Source: Candidatus Parcubacteria bacterium
GTDB lineage: Bacteria; Patescibacteriota; Minisyncoccia; Phycocordibacterales; Phycocordibacteraceae
Length of the DNA: 24,000 bases
NCBI GenBank assembly: GCA_022616215.1
Contig: JAKEFE010000016.1
Coordinates: 5,175-29,174, forward strand
Direction: 5' to 3'
This document shows positions 15,470-23,323 of the stretch, in pieces. Below the pieces are notes generated by a model. It saw nothing but the letters and a program-made list of their open reading frames with translations. It was not told the DNA's origin and did not search any database. The position numbers and the translations under genes are program-made. Every line of letters starts with the position of its first letter. Within the stretch, counting starts at the first letter, position 1.

Positions 15470-16156
15470 TTACTTCCCGTGTCTACGCTCGCGCTCTGCG
15501 TAGTCTTTGAGAATCGCGTCAAACTCTTCTTTGGTAAAAGCCGGAAGTTTGGTGTCGGTGAAAAAAAGTTCGCTGTACACCGATTGCCACGGAAGAAAGT
15601 TTGAAAGCCGTTTTTCCCCTCCGGTGCGGATAATGAGGTCAGGGTCGGCAAGCCCCGCGCTCCACATCGCTTCTTTAAATCTATTCTCATCCACGCTTTG
15701 TGCTCCCGAGGCAAGCAGTGTGTTTACTGCTGCAAGAATTTCGGCCCGTCCTCCATAGGAAAGCGCAACCGCAAGCGTACCTTCAGTTCCGCCTTTGGTT
15801 CTTGCTTCTACAGCAACCATTTTGTCTTGAAGCTCTATGCTAAAACGTTCACGCTCGCCGATAAAACGAACCTCGGCATTAATCTTCACCGCCTCATCTG
15901 CAAATTCATCAAGTGCGGTTACAAATAATCCCAGAAGTTTCTCTACTTCTTCTGGTGCGCGGTTCCAGTTCTCGGTGGAAAATGCATATAAAATAACTTC
16001 TTTGACTCCGGCATCGTGCGCCCATCGTAAAAACTCTTTCACTTTTTCCGAGCCGTGCACGTGTCCTTCAACAACCGGAAGCCCCTGCTCTCTCGCCCAG
16101 CGACGATTACCGTCAAGAATGAGTCCGATGGAGTGCGGCACGCGCGCATCAGTCAT
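15470..16156 (-). CDS. uppS: Undecaprenyl (isoprenyl) diphosphate synthase
   Basis: The start was trimmed to the ATG at 16156 (MTDARVPHSIGLILDGNRRWAREQGL...). Motifs include YAFSTENWNRAPEEV and RTGGEKRLSNFLPWQSVYSELFF. The start overlaps the acyP stop by 8 nt. Confidence 0.9.
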   Translation of the reverse strand: MTDARVPHSIGLILDGNRRWAREQGLPVVEGHVHGSEKVKEFLRWAHDAGVKEVILYAFSTENWNRAPEEVEKLLGLFVTALDEFADEAVKINAEVRFIGERERFSIELQDKMVAVEARTKGGTEGTLAVALSYGGRAEILAAVNTLLASGAQSVDENRFKEAMWSAGLADPDLIIRTGGEKRLSNFLPWQSVYSELFFTDTKLPAFTKEEFDAILKDYAERERRHGK

Positions 16157-16424
16157 AGTTGATTTCAAAGGACGCATACTCGCCGGTTTTTGGTGAGAAT
16201 GCAACGGCAACGTCATCCACGCGCGCAAGCAGTGGACCTTTTTTGAGTTCTTGTACATACATATCAAGCGCTCCGCGCGGACCCTCGGCAATAACACGCA
16301 CGGTGCCGTCCGGCTCATTGGCAACCTCCCCGACAAGCCCAAGTCCTTTGGCTTTTCTTTGTGCGAAGTCTCTAAACAGCACCATCTGCACTCTGCCCTG
16401 GACAACCGCCTCCATTCGCTCCAT
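16149..16424 (-). CDS. acyP: Acylphosphatase
   Basis: 91-aa ORF with the VQGRVQMVLFRDFA motif (V.G.VQGV.FR pattern) and ...GEVANEPDGTVRVIAEG, of typical size. Confidence 0.85.
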   Translation of the reverse strand: MERMEAVVQGRVQMVLFRDFAQRKAKGLGLVGEVANEPDGTVRVIAEGPRGALDMYVQELKKGPLLARVDDVAVAFSPKTGEYASFEINYD

Positions 16425-16466
16425 AGACTTTTAAATATAGCGCGTTTCAGGTAAGGTAGCCGTATC

Positions 16467-16543
16467 GGGCGATTAGCTCAGTTGGTTAGAGCAACGAGTT
16501 TACACCTCGAAGGTCGGGGGTTCGAGTCCTCCATCGCCCACCA
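16467..16543 (+). tRNA. tRNA-Val (anticodon TAC), CCA encoded
   Basis: Acceptor GGGCGAT/ATCGCCC + A + CCA. D arm GCTC-AGTTGGTTA-GAGC. Anticodon loop TTTACAC. T arm GGGGG-TTCGAGT-CCTCC. Confidence 0.9.
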
Positions 16544-16581
16544 CAGGTTCTAGTCGAACGAAAATGTTCTTGGCTGATTTA

Positions 16582-17715
16582 TTACGTACCCCGTTTGCTT
16601 CTTTGTTTTGATTCGGCCGTCTGTTTGACCTGACGTGGTACCGCGCTTCTGCCGGCAAGTACTCTCCGTGCTTTTCGCCTGAGTCTGCGCGCCCTGCGCT
16701 GTTCCCCGTGCCGTATTGCTCGGTGCTCCCTCCCTTGTTCAAAGGCCGCGTAACCGAGCGTAGCATCTTGGGCGGCGGCTAAATAATCGAGGAGTGGCGC
16801 TCTTGCATCATTGACCGCATTCGTGAGCTTCTCAAGATTTATGCCCTCCGTTTGATGTCGAACGATTCTTGGATGCACCCCGCTTGATGGCACCCGCTCA
16901 AACGACACATACGGTGCAGTATTCAAAAGGTCGCGATACTCGCGTTCAAGAACTGATTTCACAAACCGCAATAAATCAGACGCTTTAATAGCTTTTTCTT
17001 TATATGCTTCAAGCGCGACAAGAGTTTTTTTGAGCTGTTCCTTCGGAGGAATATCTTTCCTTGTGATCTCTCTCATGGAAGATATGAGGGAGGCGTGAGC
17101 TTCGCTATATATGTTCCTCACCTCTTCGGCAATGTCCTTGAGTGTGAGGCGCACTTCTTTAGTGGATCCATCTTCATCTGTCTCGGTAAAAGGATGTGCT
17201 TCTTTGAGACCTTTATTACCTTGTTCAAGAATTTTAAGCGCATGAATAAATTCACCAAGTGCATGGTCCACTCCGCCGTTATCTGAACGTGCAACCTCCT
17301 CAACAAGCGCGTCCACATTTACATCAAGATTACGTTTAGCCTCCAGAAAAATAGCGGCGATCAGAAGCCGTTCTCTATCTTTGGTTTTGAGATGTTCGCG
17401 TACACCTCTTCTCCCAAGAATCTCCTCCTCCATGTTTGAACCTATAAAATCTTCTATTGCTTCTGGTCGCATACCAAGAAGCTGTCCTGTGTCGTTGCGT
17501 CCTCTATAGCCACCATACAGTCTGTGCTGGGACTCAAGTGCGAGATCTGTCGCCTGTTCTCCGTGTCGGTGTTTCTTCTCTTCTCGTTTTGCTTTACCTT
17601 CTTCAGCAGCGGCTCTCGCATACAAAACCGCGGCGTGGATTTTGTCAAAGATATTTGGTCTTTGTTTTGTTTCTTTCTTGTTCTTTGTTGTCTCCTGACG
17701 CAATCCTTCATGCAT
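16582..17715 (-). CDS. Hypothetical protein (orphan A): highly charged, helical, Arg-rich C-terminal tail
   Basis: The start was trimmed to the ATG at 17715 (MHEGLRQETTKNKK...), because the longer ORF begins inside the 40-bp palindrome. No family was recognised, and there is no signal peptide or TM helix. The C-terminus is ...RHGEQRRARRLRRKARR.... Confidence 0.55.
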   Translation of the reverse strand: MHEGLRQETTKNKKETKQRPNIFDKIHAAVLYARAAAEEGKAKREEKKHRHGEQATDLALESQHRLYGGYRGRNDTGQLLGMRPEAIEDFIGSNMEEEILGRRGVREHLKTKDRERLLIAAIFLEAKRNLDVNVDALVEEVARSDNGGVDHALGEFIHALKILEQGNKGLKEAHPFTETDEDGSTKEVRLTLKDIAEEVRNIYSEAHASLISSMREITRKDIPPKEQLKKTLVALEAYKEKAIKASDLLRFVKSVLEREYRDLLNTAPYVSFERVPSSGVHPRIVRHQTEGINLEKLTNAVNDARAPLLDYLAAAQDATLGYAAFEQGREHRAIRHGEQRRARRLRRKARRVLAGRSAVPRQVKQTAESKQRSKRGT

Positions 17716-17718
17716 ATC

Positions 17719-17731
17719 TTCAGTATATATG
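17719..17731 (-). promoter_or_regulatory. Shared 5' motif CATATATACTGAA (contains a TATACT -10-like hexamer) ending 3 nt from the orphan A ATG (TATACT ends 6 nt from it)
   Basis: The minus strand reads caccaccgttCATATATACTGAAgatATGcatgaag. A near-identical string precedes orphan B at 19468..19480. Confidence 0.4.
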
Positions 17732-17740
17732 AACGGTGGT

Positions 17741-17780
17741 GCTGTAATTATACACTTCGCGCGAAGTGTATAATTACAGC
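17741..17780. repeat. Perfect 40-bp palindrome (20 + 20 nt, no spacer)
   Basis: GCTGTAATTATACACTTCGC|GCGAAGTGTATAATTACAGC, verified base by base. Each arm contains TGTATAAT, an extended -10 consensus, facing outward on either strand. Confidence 0.95.
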
Positions 17781-17904
17781 ACTGCAAAGCAGTGCGAGGA
17801 GACGAAGAAAGCCGGAGTGCGAGGCGGGGTCGCGGAAATGTTCAGCAGAGCATTATCCGTGACCAAGTCCCTCAGCGCGCACTGCAAAACAATCAGAGAG
17901 CGCC

Positions 17905-19464
17905 CTACTTATAAAGCGGCCCGCCCTCTGCAGGCTCATTTTCTGCGCTGCTGATGCGGGTGAAATTTCCATCAGTCTGATGCGGCCCTAGATATTCTGG
18001 AAAAAGAGGGTGCGGCTCTCCCTGTTCGCGAAGCTCGGACGTCGCAGGGCTTTGCAGGGACTCATAGACGTCAAGCTCATCTGGATTTAGCGCGCCACCG
18101 TCTGTTTTGCTTATCGCCGGTCGCTCCAATGCGGCAGCCTGCACGGAAGCATATCCTGCAGCAAGGCCGGAAAGTGCAAGGGCGGCGAGCGCAAACCTAA
18201 TCTTGTCGGCCGCCGAAGGTTTCTTGGATATCCGATACTGCTCAAAGAGTGCGTCGGCCGCGTCCAAGCCATCTTGCACACGATTATTGATATCCAAGAG
18301 CTCCCCTTCCGTGAGCTTTTTGCCATATTCGGAACGCGCCCTATCAATGAGTGCGTCTTCCAACTGCTGCTCGGTCACCCTGCCGTAGGGAAACCGCCCA
18401 AGCACAACGCTCAATTTCCTGTCTGCCTCCCGGGTGCTCATTCTCCCTCGCTCTCTGATATGCTTAAATGAATCTTTAAGCTGTTCTCGCTCTGCGGGAG
18501 TAAGTATGCGTTCTTTACTTTCGGTGCGCTCCAGCTCAAGTCGCTTTGCTTCTTGCCGCCGCGCGCGCTCTGTGAACATAATCTTGTACTGTTCCGCCGC
18601 CCAGTCCAAAATCTCCTTCGGATCTTCTCTTCGCGCGCGGATGTAGGTAAAAATAGTGTGAATAGCTCGGTCAACGAGCTCCTTGCTCGGCTCTTCTTCC
18701 GCCCTGATGAATTCTTTGCCGACGGCCATCAGCTCTTTGAAGGTTTCTTCGCGAGAAAGCACGGGTAGTTCCTTAATGTAGTCAAGCGTGTCTTCGTCAA
18801 ATAACGTGAGAGGCAATTCTATCGACGGCGATAGTAACCCTGACTCCTGCGCAGAAGACTGCTCAACATCCGACGCTTTCGTTTCGTCTTCTTCCACAGT
18901 CGTCCTTCTGGTCTCCAATTCTATAATCTTTGGTTCGCGACGCGCCGGGCGCACTCCGAACACAAAATCTACCGCTGAATCAAGAAACGTCTTGTGTCCT
19001 TGTTTCTTTGGTAGGCGTGCGGAAGGTGTGATGTCCGGCAGCGCGACTCCCGGACCTTGCGCCATGAGCTCCTGCAAGTGTCGCTCAACTTCTTCTATGG
19101 TCGCTCGCACTCGGCGCATCTTTTCTCTTTGCACTTTGGGATGTGGCCCAATGACCACCTCCTTGACGACCGTGAGCGGTGTGGCTGGTGGTTCAAATTC
19201 TCCGAGCGTTTCCTTCGGCACGCGCCCTTGAGCAAGCCGTGCCGACACCTCTCGGAGTTTTTTTAGACGCTCTTCTTTTTCGGCAAATGGTTGCGTACGG
19301 TCAAATGCTTCCAGCGCACCTTTCTTTTTCATCTGTTGCCGTTTTCGTCTTTTCTCTTTCTGTACGCTCTTCTCAAAATGTTCTATTTGCGCCTTGAGAC
19401 GTCGGCTTTCTCCGGTGGTTCCTTTTCGTACTTCTTTGTATTTCTGAGGATGCGCTTCACGCAT
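17905..19464 (-). CDS. Hypothetical protein (orphan B): basic N-terminus, long charged coiled-coil-like middle, one C-terminal TM helix
   Basis: The start was trimmed to the ATG at 19464 (MREAHPQKYKEV...), because the longer ORF is antisense-free overlap with tRNA-Leu(CAG). Basic patch KEKRRKRQQMKKKG. Predicted TM segment IRFALAALALSGLAAGYASVQAAAL, followed by a ~90-aa tail. No family recognised. Confidence 0.6.
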   Translation of the reverse strand: MREAHPQKYKEVRKGTTGESRRLKAQIEHFEKSVQKEKRRKRQQMKKKGALEAFDRTQPFAEKEERLKKLREVSARLAQGRVPKETLGEFEPPATPLTVVKEVVIGPHPKVQREKMRRVRATIEEVERHLQELMAQGPGVALPDITPSARLPKKQGHKTFLDSAVDFVFGVRPARREPKIIELETRRTTVEEDETKASDVEQSSAQESGLLSPSIELPLTLFDEDTLDYIKELPVLSREETFKELMAVGKEFIRAEEEPSKELVDRAIHTIFTYIRARREDPKEILDWAAEQYKIMFTERARRQEAKRLELERTESKERILTPAEREQLKDSFKHIRERGRMSTREADRKLSVVLGRFPYGRVTEQQLEDALIDRARSEYGKKLTEGELLDINNRVQDGLDAADALFEQYRISKKPSAADKIRFALAALALSGLAAGYASVQAAALERPAISKTDGGALNPDELDVYESLQSPATSELREQGEPHPLFPEYLGPHQTDGNFTRISSAENEPAEGGPLYK

Positions 19465-19467
19465 GCT

Positions 19468-19480
19468 TTCAGTATATATG
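19468..19480 (-). promoter_or_regulatory. Second copy of the CATATATACTGAA motif, ending 3 nt from the orphan B ATG (TATACT ends 6 nt from it) and starting 6 nt after tRNA-Leu(CAG)
   Basis: The minus strand reads cacaccgtCATATATACTGAAagcATGcgtgaag. Confidence 0.4.
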
Positions 19481-19486
19481 ACGGTG

Positions 19487-19569
19487 TGCCCAAGAGAGGA
19501 TTTGAACCTCCAACCCGTTACAGGATACGCTTCTGAGGCGTACGCGTATACCAATTCCGCCACTTGGGC
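19487..19569 (-). tRNA. tRNA-Leu (anticodon CAG), class II, CCA not encoded
   Basis: Acceptor GCCCAAG/CTTGGGC + A. Anticodon arm TACGC-CTCAGAA-GCGTA. Long variable arm. T arm GGAGG-TTCAAAT-CCTCT. The 3' flank is CAC. Confidence 0.85.
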
Positions 19570-19570
19570 C

Positions 19571-19645
19571 TGGTGCCTCCGGTAGGAATCGAACCCACAT
19601 CAACTCCTTAGAAGAGAGCTGCTCTATCCATTGAGCTACGGAGGC
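19571..19645 (-). tRNA. tRNA-Arg (anticodon TCT), CCA encoded
   Basis: Acceptor GCCTCCG/CGGAGGC + A + CCA. D arm GCTC-AATGGATA-GAGC. Anticodon loop CTTCTAA. T arm GTGGG-TTCGATT-CCTAC. It lies 1 nt from tRNA-Leu(CAG). Confidence 0.85.
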
Positions 19646-19657
19646 TTTTCTACAGTA

Positions 19658-19972
19658 CTAACGGTCGCGCGACGGGTCAATGAACTCGTACTCGTTTCTA
19701 TAGCGACTCTCCTCCCCCGCCCGCTCGCTAAAAAGTGCTTTTGCTTCTTCAATGGCGCGCGTGTTCACGGTCTCTTGCGCGGAACCTGTCGTGGAGAAAT
19801 CGCTTGTGAGCACATTGAGGAAAAACCACGCATTCCACGCAAGACTTGCAAGAACGAGCATGCCCGCGATTGAAAGCAGCACCATCCAATCGCGGGACGG
19901 GCGTATTGTTTCCCCGTAGGAAAGTCCGGATATCAGTTTTGTAAACGAACGGAAATCGGTTGGAGTCTTCAT
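19658..19972 (-). CDS. Small single-pass membrane protein, fourth gene of the pilMNO-like operon
   Basis: 104-aa ORF with a TM helix (WMVLLSIAGMLVLASLAWNAWFFL). The start overlaps the upstream stop as ATGA. No family recognised. Confidence 0.5.
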   Translation of the reverse strand: MKTPTDFRSFTKLISGLSYGETIRPSRDWMVLLSIAGMLVLASLAWNAWFFLNVLTSDFSTTGSAQETVNTRAIEEAKALFSERAGEESRYRNEYEFIDPSRDR

Positions 19973-20478
19973 GGTGTTTCTGGTGCGCTGACGAGCAGTG
20001 TGAGAGCCGCCGTCCAGCTCCCATCTCCGGTCGTATCAAGCGTAAGACTGTCGGTTGCACTCCCGTACCGACCGTACTCAAGAGCGCCGAGCGTCTTCAT
20101 GACGGCGCTAAACGTGCCACTAAAAGAAAGTGCAAGAGACAGTTGTTCTTTGGTATTGGTTTCGGTGACGGACAGCACAGAAACGGCAGCCCCGAACGCA
20201 TCTCCCGTGCTTTCGACGTCTTCAAGAAAAGCAACAATGTTGTTGGTGGGAACAAAGTGACTTGCAAGAGAGGTTTCATCAGCTTCAAGCGCCGCAAAAA
20301 CATCCTGGCCTCGTATAAGCTGTGTTTGTTCGTCATGTTTTTGTGCGATGTCGACTTCAAGCGCCGTGACGCGTGACGCGGCGCGGTTGATTTCAAAAAA
20401 CCACGCAAGGTATGCCCCGACACATATGAGTGCGAGCATAAGAGACAAAATGCAGTGAATAAAAGCTGGAGATTTCAT
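19969..20478 (-). CDS. PilO-like type IV pilus assembly protein (assigned by position and topology)
   Basis: 169 aa with an N-terminal TM helix, then a coiled-coil (RVTALEVDIAQKHDEQTQL), then a beta-rich C-terminal domain. ATGA overlaps on both sides. It follows pilM and pilN. Confidence 0.5.
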   Translation of the reverse strand: MKSPAFIHCILSLMLALICVGAYLAWFFEINRAASRVTALEVDIAQKHDEQTQLIRGQDVFAALEADETSLASHFVPTNNIVAFLEDVESTGDAFGAAVSVLSVTETNTKEQLSLALSFSGTFSAVMKTLGALEYGRYGSATDSLTLDTTGDGSWTAALTLLVSAPETP

Positions 20479-21029
20479 GGCGTAAGAGTGCCAGTAAGCG
20501 TTATGACAAATGAAATATCTGTCTCCTGTGCATACACTGAGAGCGGGAGATCGGCTTTGGTGACAAATGGGAGCGCAGAGACGCGTCCATGATATTGCCG
20601 AAGCGTTTCCCGTGTCGCCGCCGTTCCCGATATGCTCATTTCTCCCTCGCCGCTTACCGGAGGTGTAACGGTAAAGCCGCGAATGCTGATGCCGTCTGAT
20701 GGTACTGATAGCACTCCTTGTATGACGGCGGACGTGGACGGACGTTTTGCAAGAGATAGCAACGCGTCTGCTTTGACTGTAAGCGCCTGTCTTCGCGTCG
20801 ATAGTGTCTGCTCGGGAGATTCGGAGAGCGCTGAAGTCAAACCATCAAGGTGTGCGTGTCGCGTTTTGACTTCCTCGGACAAATATACATACGAAGGAGC
20901 AAGAAGTGCGCTATGTATCACGACGAGAAGTGCAACCGTGAGCGCTCCAAGCGTGCACAAGCGAAAGAAATACTCGCGGCGAAATGCGCGTATTCGGTCA
21001 ATTGGCAAAAGATTGGTGAGCTCCGACAT
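20475..21029 (-). CDS. pilN: PilN-like type IV pilus assembly protein
   Basis: 184 aa. The short cytoplasmic N-terminus LLPIDRIRAFRREYFFR fits the PilN pattern (NLLP...R), followed by a TM helix and a periplasmic-type domain. It lies 3 nt after pilM. Confidence 0.6.
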   Translation of the reverse strand: MSELTNLLPIDRIRAFRREYFFRLCTLGALTVALLVVIHSALLAPSYVYLSEEVKTRHAHLDGLTSALSESPEQTLSTRRQALTVKADALLSLAKRPSTSAVIQGVLSVPSDGISIRGFTVTPPVSGEGEMSISGTAATRETLRQYHGRVSALPFVTKADLPLSVYAQETDISFVITLTGTLTP

Positions 21030-21032
21030 ACG

Positions 21033-22100
21033 TTATGGGTACTCGCGAAGAGCAAGCCCGATTGCGGTGCCGTAGGCTAGAGATTCGGTATAGGCAAGCG
21101 GAGGAAGCCATGCGCTTTTCGGAGCAAAGTTGGCAAACACATCGCCGAGCGCAACCGGCACTTTAAGCGACGCTTCAAGGTATTCTGGAAGTCCAAGAAC
21201 GGTTGCATTCCCACCGACAAGAACGACGCGTGTTACCGGGTCTCCTCCCGCGTGCGACTGCCAATATTCAAGACGTTTTACAATTTCGTCACGAATAACC
21301 GATACGGTTCCGAGCATCGCCGCTATGTATTCTTCGTTTCCGACACCCGGCGCTATGCCTTTTTCTGCCTTTACTTTCTTCGCATCTTCCTCGGAAACGC
21401 CGAAATATTTCATGACGGCAAGCGTGAGCGCATGGCCACCGATATCAAGGGTGGTAACAAAACGCGGAATGCGTTTGGTTACCACAAGAAGCTTGGTCGT
21501 AGTCTTGCCAATGTCAATGATGAGGACCGTTTCTTTGTCTCCACGGGGAAGAACGGCGCGCGGCAGAGAAAACGTCTCGCTTTCTATCGCGCGCACGCGA
21601 AGCCGCGACTCATCAAGGACGGAGAGCGTATCTTCCACCACGCGCCGTGCGTATCCGGTGCCGACGACACGAACGCCCTCATTGCTTTCGCCAACCGATG
21701 CAACGTCAAAGATAACTTCCGAAGAAGGGAGCGGCACGTACTCATCAAGATGTTGTTCAACGGCAATCCGCTCTTCCTGTCCGTTTCCTTTTGGCACAAC
21801 CGCTTCAAAAAGATACCCGCGTGCTTCGGGAAGCGTGACGTTTGCCGTGTGAATGTGATTTCGTTCTGCGAGCGATTTTAATCCGACGACCACCGCATCG
21901 TGGTCTTGTATCTCTCCCCCAACAACCGCTCCGGCAGGCAGGGGAAACTCGTCGTACGCGGAAAGCTCAAGTCCGTGTGTGCGCTCCACGATAGTGGCAA
22001 TTTTGATGCCGCTCGTTGAAATATCAATCCCGGAAGTCGGAAGCGACAGGTAGTGCGGCGGTGCAAATTCAACACGAAGGAAACGCGAGAAAGCGTTCAT
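21033..22100 (-). CDS. pilM: Type IV pilus assembly protein PilM (actin-like ATPase fold)
   Basis: 355 aa. Motifs: GIDISTSGIKIA, LIIDIGKTTTKLLVV, LDIGGHALTLAV, VVLVGGNATVLGLPEYL. Confidence 0.8.
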   Translation of the reverse strand: MNAFSRFLRVEFAPPHYLSLPTSGIDISTSGIKIATIVERTHGLELSAYDEFPLPAGAVVGGEIQDHDAVVVGLKSLAERNHIHTANVTLPEARGYLFEAVVPKGNGQEERIAVEQHLDEYVPLPSSEVIFDVASVGESNEGVRVVGTGYARRVVEDTLSVLDESRLRVRAIESETFSLPRAVLPRGDKETVLIIDIGKTTTKLLVVTKRIPRFVTTLDIGGHALTLAVMKYFGVSEEDAKKVKAEKGIAPGVGNEEYIAAMLGTVSVIRDEIVKRLEYWQSHAGGDPVTRVVLVGGNATVLGLPEYLEASLKVPVALGDVFANFAPKSAWLPPLAYTESLAYGTAIGLALREYP

Positions 22101-22116
22101 TACTGCTGATTATACT

Positions 22117-22443
22117 CTAGTGTGCAGATGTGCCGGGTGGCACGGGGCGATCAGGTGTGAGAAATGAAAACGTCTCGCCTGTGCCAACGGCAAACAGCAT
22201 GCCGTTACTTTCAAAACCTTTGATGGTACGCGGCTCAAGATTCGTCACAAACGCAAGCTGACGACCAACAAGCGACTGCGCACTCTCCACATAGCCGGCA
22301 ATACCGGACACTATCTGGCGCGGCTCTTCTTCCCCAAAATCAACTATGAGTTTTAGAAGCTTTTCTGTATCAGCAATACGCTCGGCACTTTTGACTGTGC
22401 CGATGCGCACTTCGATTTTTGAAAGGTCATCAAGTGTTGCCAT
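22117..22443 (-). CDS. tRNA-binding domain protein (CsaA/Trbp111-like OB fold)
   Basis: 108 aa: IEVRIGTVKSAERIADTEKLLKLIVDFGEE.PRQIVSGIAGYV....LVGRQLAFVTNLEPRTIKGFESNGMLFA, the typical stand-alone tRNA_bind domain. Confidence 0.85.
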   Translation of the reverse strand: MATLDDLSKIEVRIGTVKSAERIADTEKLLKLIVDFGEEEPRQIVSGIAGYVESAQSLVGRQLAFVTNLEPRTIKGFESNGMLFAVGTGETFSFLTPDRPVPPGTSAH

Positions 22444-22831
22444 GATGTTTTGAAAGATACGACGTCAGTATAAGTGCGGCGGCTTTTGCGTCCACCACTC
22501 CCGTGTCCGTGCGATTCCCTTCTAAATCTCTTCTGGCTTCCTGTGTCGTCAAGAGTTCCGTCTCGTAAAAAATGGGCAGTTCCGTGAGTGAATGAAGACA
22601 TTCGCCAAGAGCGCGTGCTTCGCGCGCGACAAGATTTTCCTGTCCGGAAAAATCAACGGACTCCCCGATAACCACACCGTCCACTTTTTCTTTGACAATG
22701 ATTTCTTCGAGCACAGCCGGAAGCTCTTTGGTGTTCACAATAACCGAATGCGGGAAACCCATGGTTCCCGCCTCGTCTGAAAGCGCGAGCCCCACCTTCT
22801 TCGTACCGAAATCTATCCCAAGATACCGCAT
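22430..22831 (-). CDS. ruvX: Holliday junction resolvase-like / pre-16S rRNA nuclease YqgF (RuvX)
   Basis: The start was trimmed to the ATG at 22831. MRYLGIDFGTKKVGLALSDE...VDGVVIGES...DAKAAALIL is the characteristic YqgF pattern. Confidence 0.85.
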   Translation of the reverse strand: MRYLGIDFGTKKVGLALSDEAGTMGFPHSVIVNTKELPAVLEEIIVKEKVDGVVIGESVDFSGQENLVAREARALGECLHSLTELPIFYETELLTTQEARRDLEGNRTDTGVVDAKAAALILTSYLSKHHGNT

Positions 22832-22847
22832 GATAGACTCATTATAT

Positions 22848-23192
22848 ATGTGGAACCCACTTTTAGGGGATCCTCTGGTCGGGCCTCTAGTCGCTGGCCT
22901 TGGGCTTGGCATTCTCTTTCCGTTTGTGTTTCTCCTGCTTATCGTCTGGACATTTGCGTGGAAAGCCATTGCACTCTGGCATGCGGCTAGAAATCGCCAG
23001 CGCATTTGGTTCGTTGTTCTTCTCCTTGTTCCGAACACGCTCGGTATTCTGGAAATAATCTATCTCAAGTGGTTTGAGAAAAACGAGAACAAAAAAGGCA
23101 CTACCGACCTCTTTCCCTTCATTAAAGATATCCGTGGTAAGGTGTCCGCGCGGATGAAAGCATCCGCGCCGGAAGAGCCAGGGCCGGTATAA
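22848..23192 (+). CDS. DUF5652-like small membrane protein
   Basis: The start was trimmed to the ATG at 22848. FAWKAIALWHAARNRQRIWFVVLLLVPNTLGILEIIYL matches the DUF5652 signature as I remember it, with two TM helices. Confidence 0.55.
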   Translation: MWNPLLGDPLVGPLVAGLGLGILFPFVFLLLIVWTFAWKAIALWHAARNRQRIWFVVLLLVPNTLGILEIIYLKWFEKNENKKGTTDLFPFIKDIRGKVSARMKASAPEEPGPV

Positions 23193-23197
23193 AAACG

Positions 23198-23323
23198 GAG
23201 GAGTGGTCGGGTGTTGTGTGGCCAAATGAACTAAAAAATCTAAAGCTACTGTGTCCAAATTGTCACGCAGAAGAACATTACCTTGAGGGCAGTTGGTTCA
23301 GTGGTAGGATACAGAGCGATTAG
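23198..23323 (+). pseudogene. C-terminal remnant of an HNH endonuclease gene
   Basis: The frame reads EEWSGVVWPNELKNLKLLCPNCHAEEHYLEGSWFSGRIQSD*. This aligns with NNNLENLAWLCHNCHFLVHHYE of the intact HNH at 13050..13544. The upstream HHID half and the zinc ribbons are absent, and there is no start codon. Confidence 0.5.

Noticed and set aside
17766-17954. 62-aa plus-strand ORF starting inside the palindrome and running into the end of orphan B.
   Set aside because: It has a non-ATG start, no upstream signals beyond the palindrome itself, no recognisable product, and it overlaps the 3' end of the opposite-strand gene. It is treated as non-coding spacer.
21130-21881. Plus-strand ORFs of 240 and 209 aa opposite pilM.
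   Set aside because: The composition is Ser/Thr/Arg-rich shadow frame, whereas pilM on the other strand has clear actin-like ATPase motifs.
22829-22850. Divergent ruvX and DUF5652 start codons only 16 bp apart (CAT-gatagactcattatat-ATG), considered as a shared bidirectional regulatory element.
   Set aside because: The layout is real but explainable by genome compaction. One TATAAT-like hexamer serves ruvX, and the DUF5652 promoter must lie inside ruvX. There is nothing further to support a special regulatory device.
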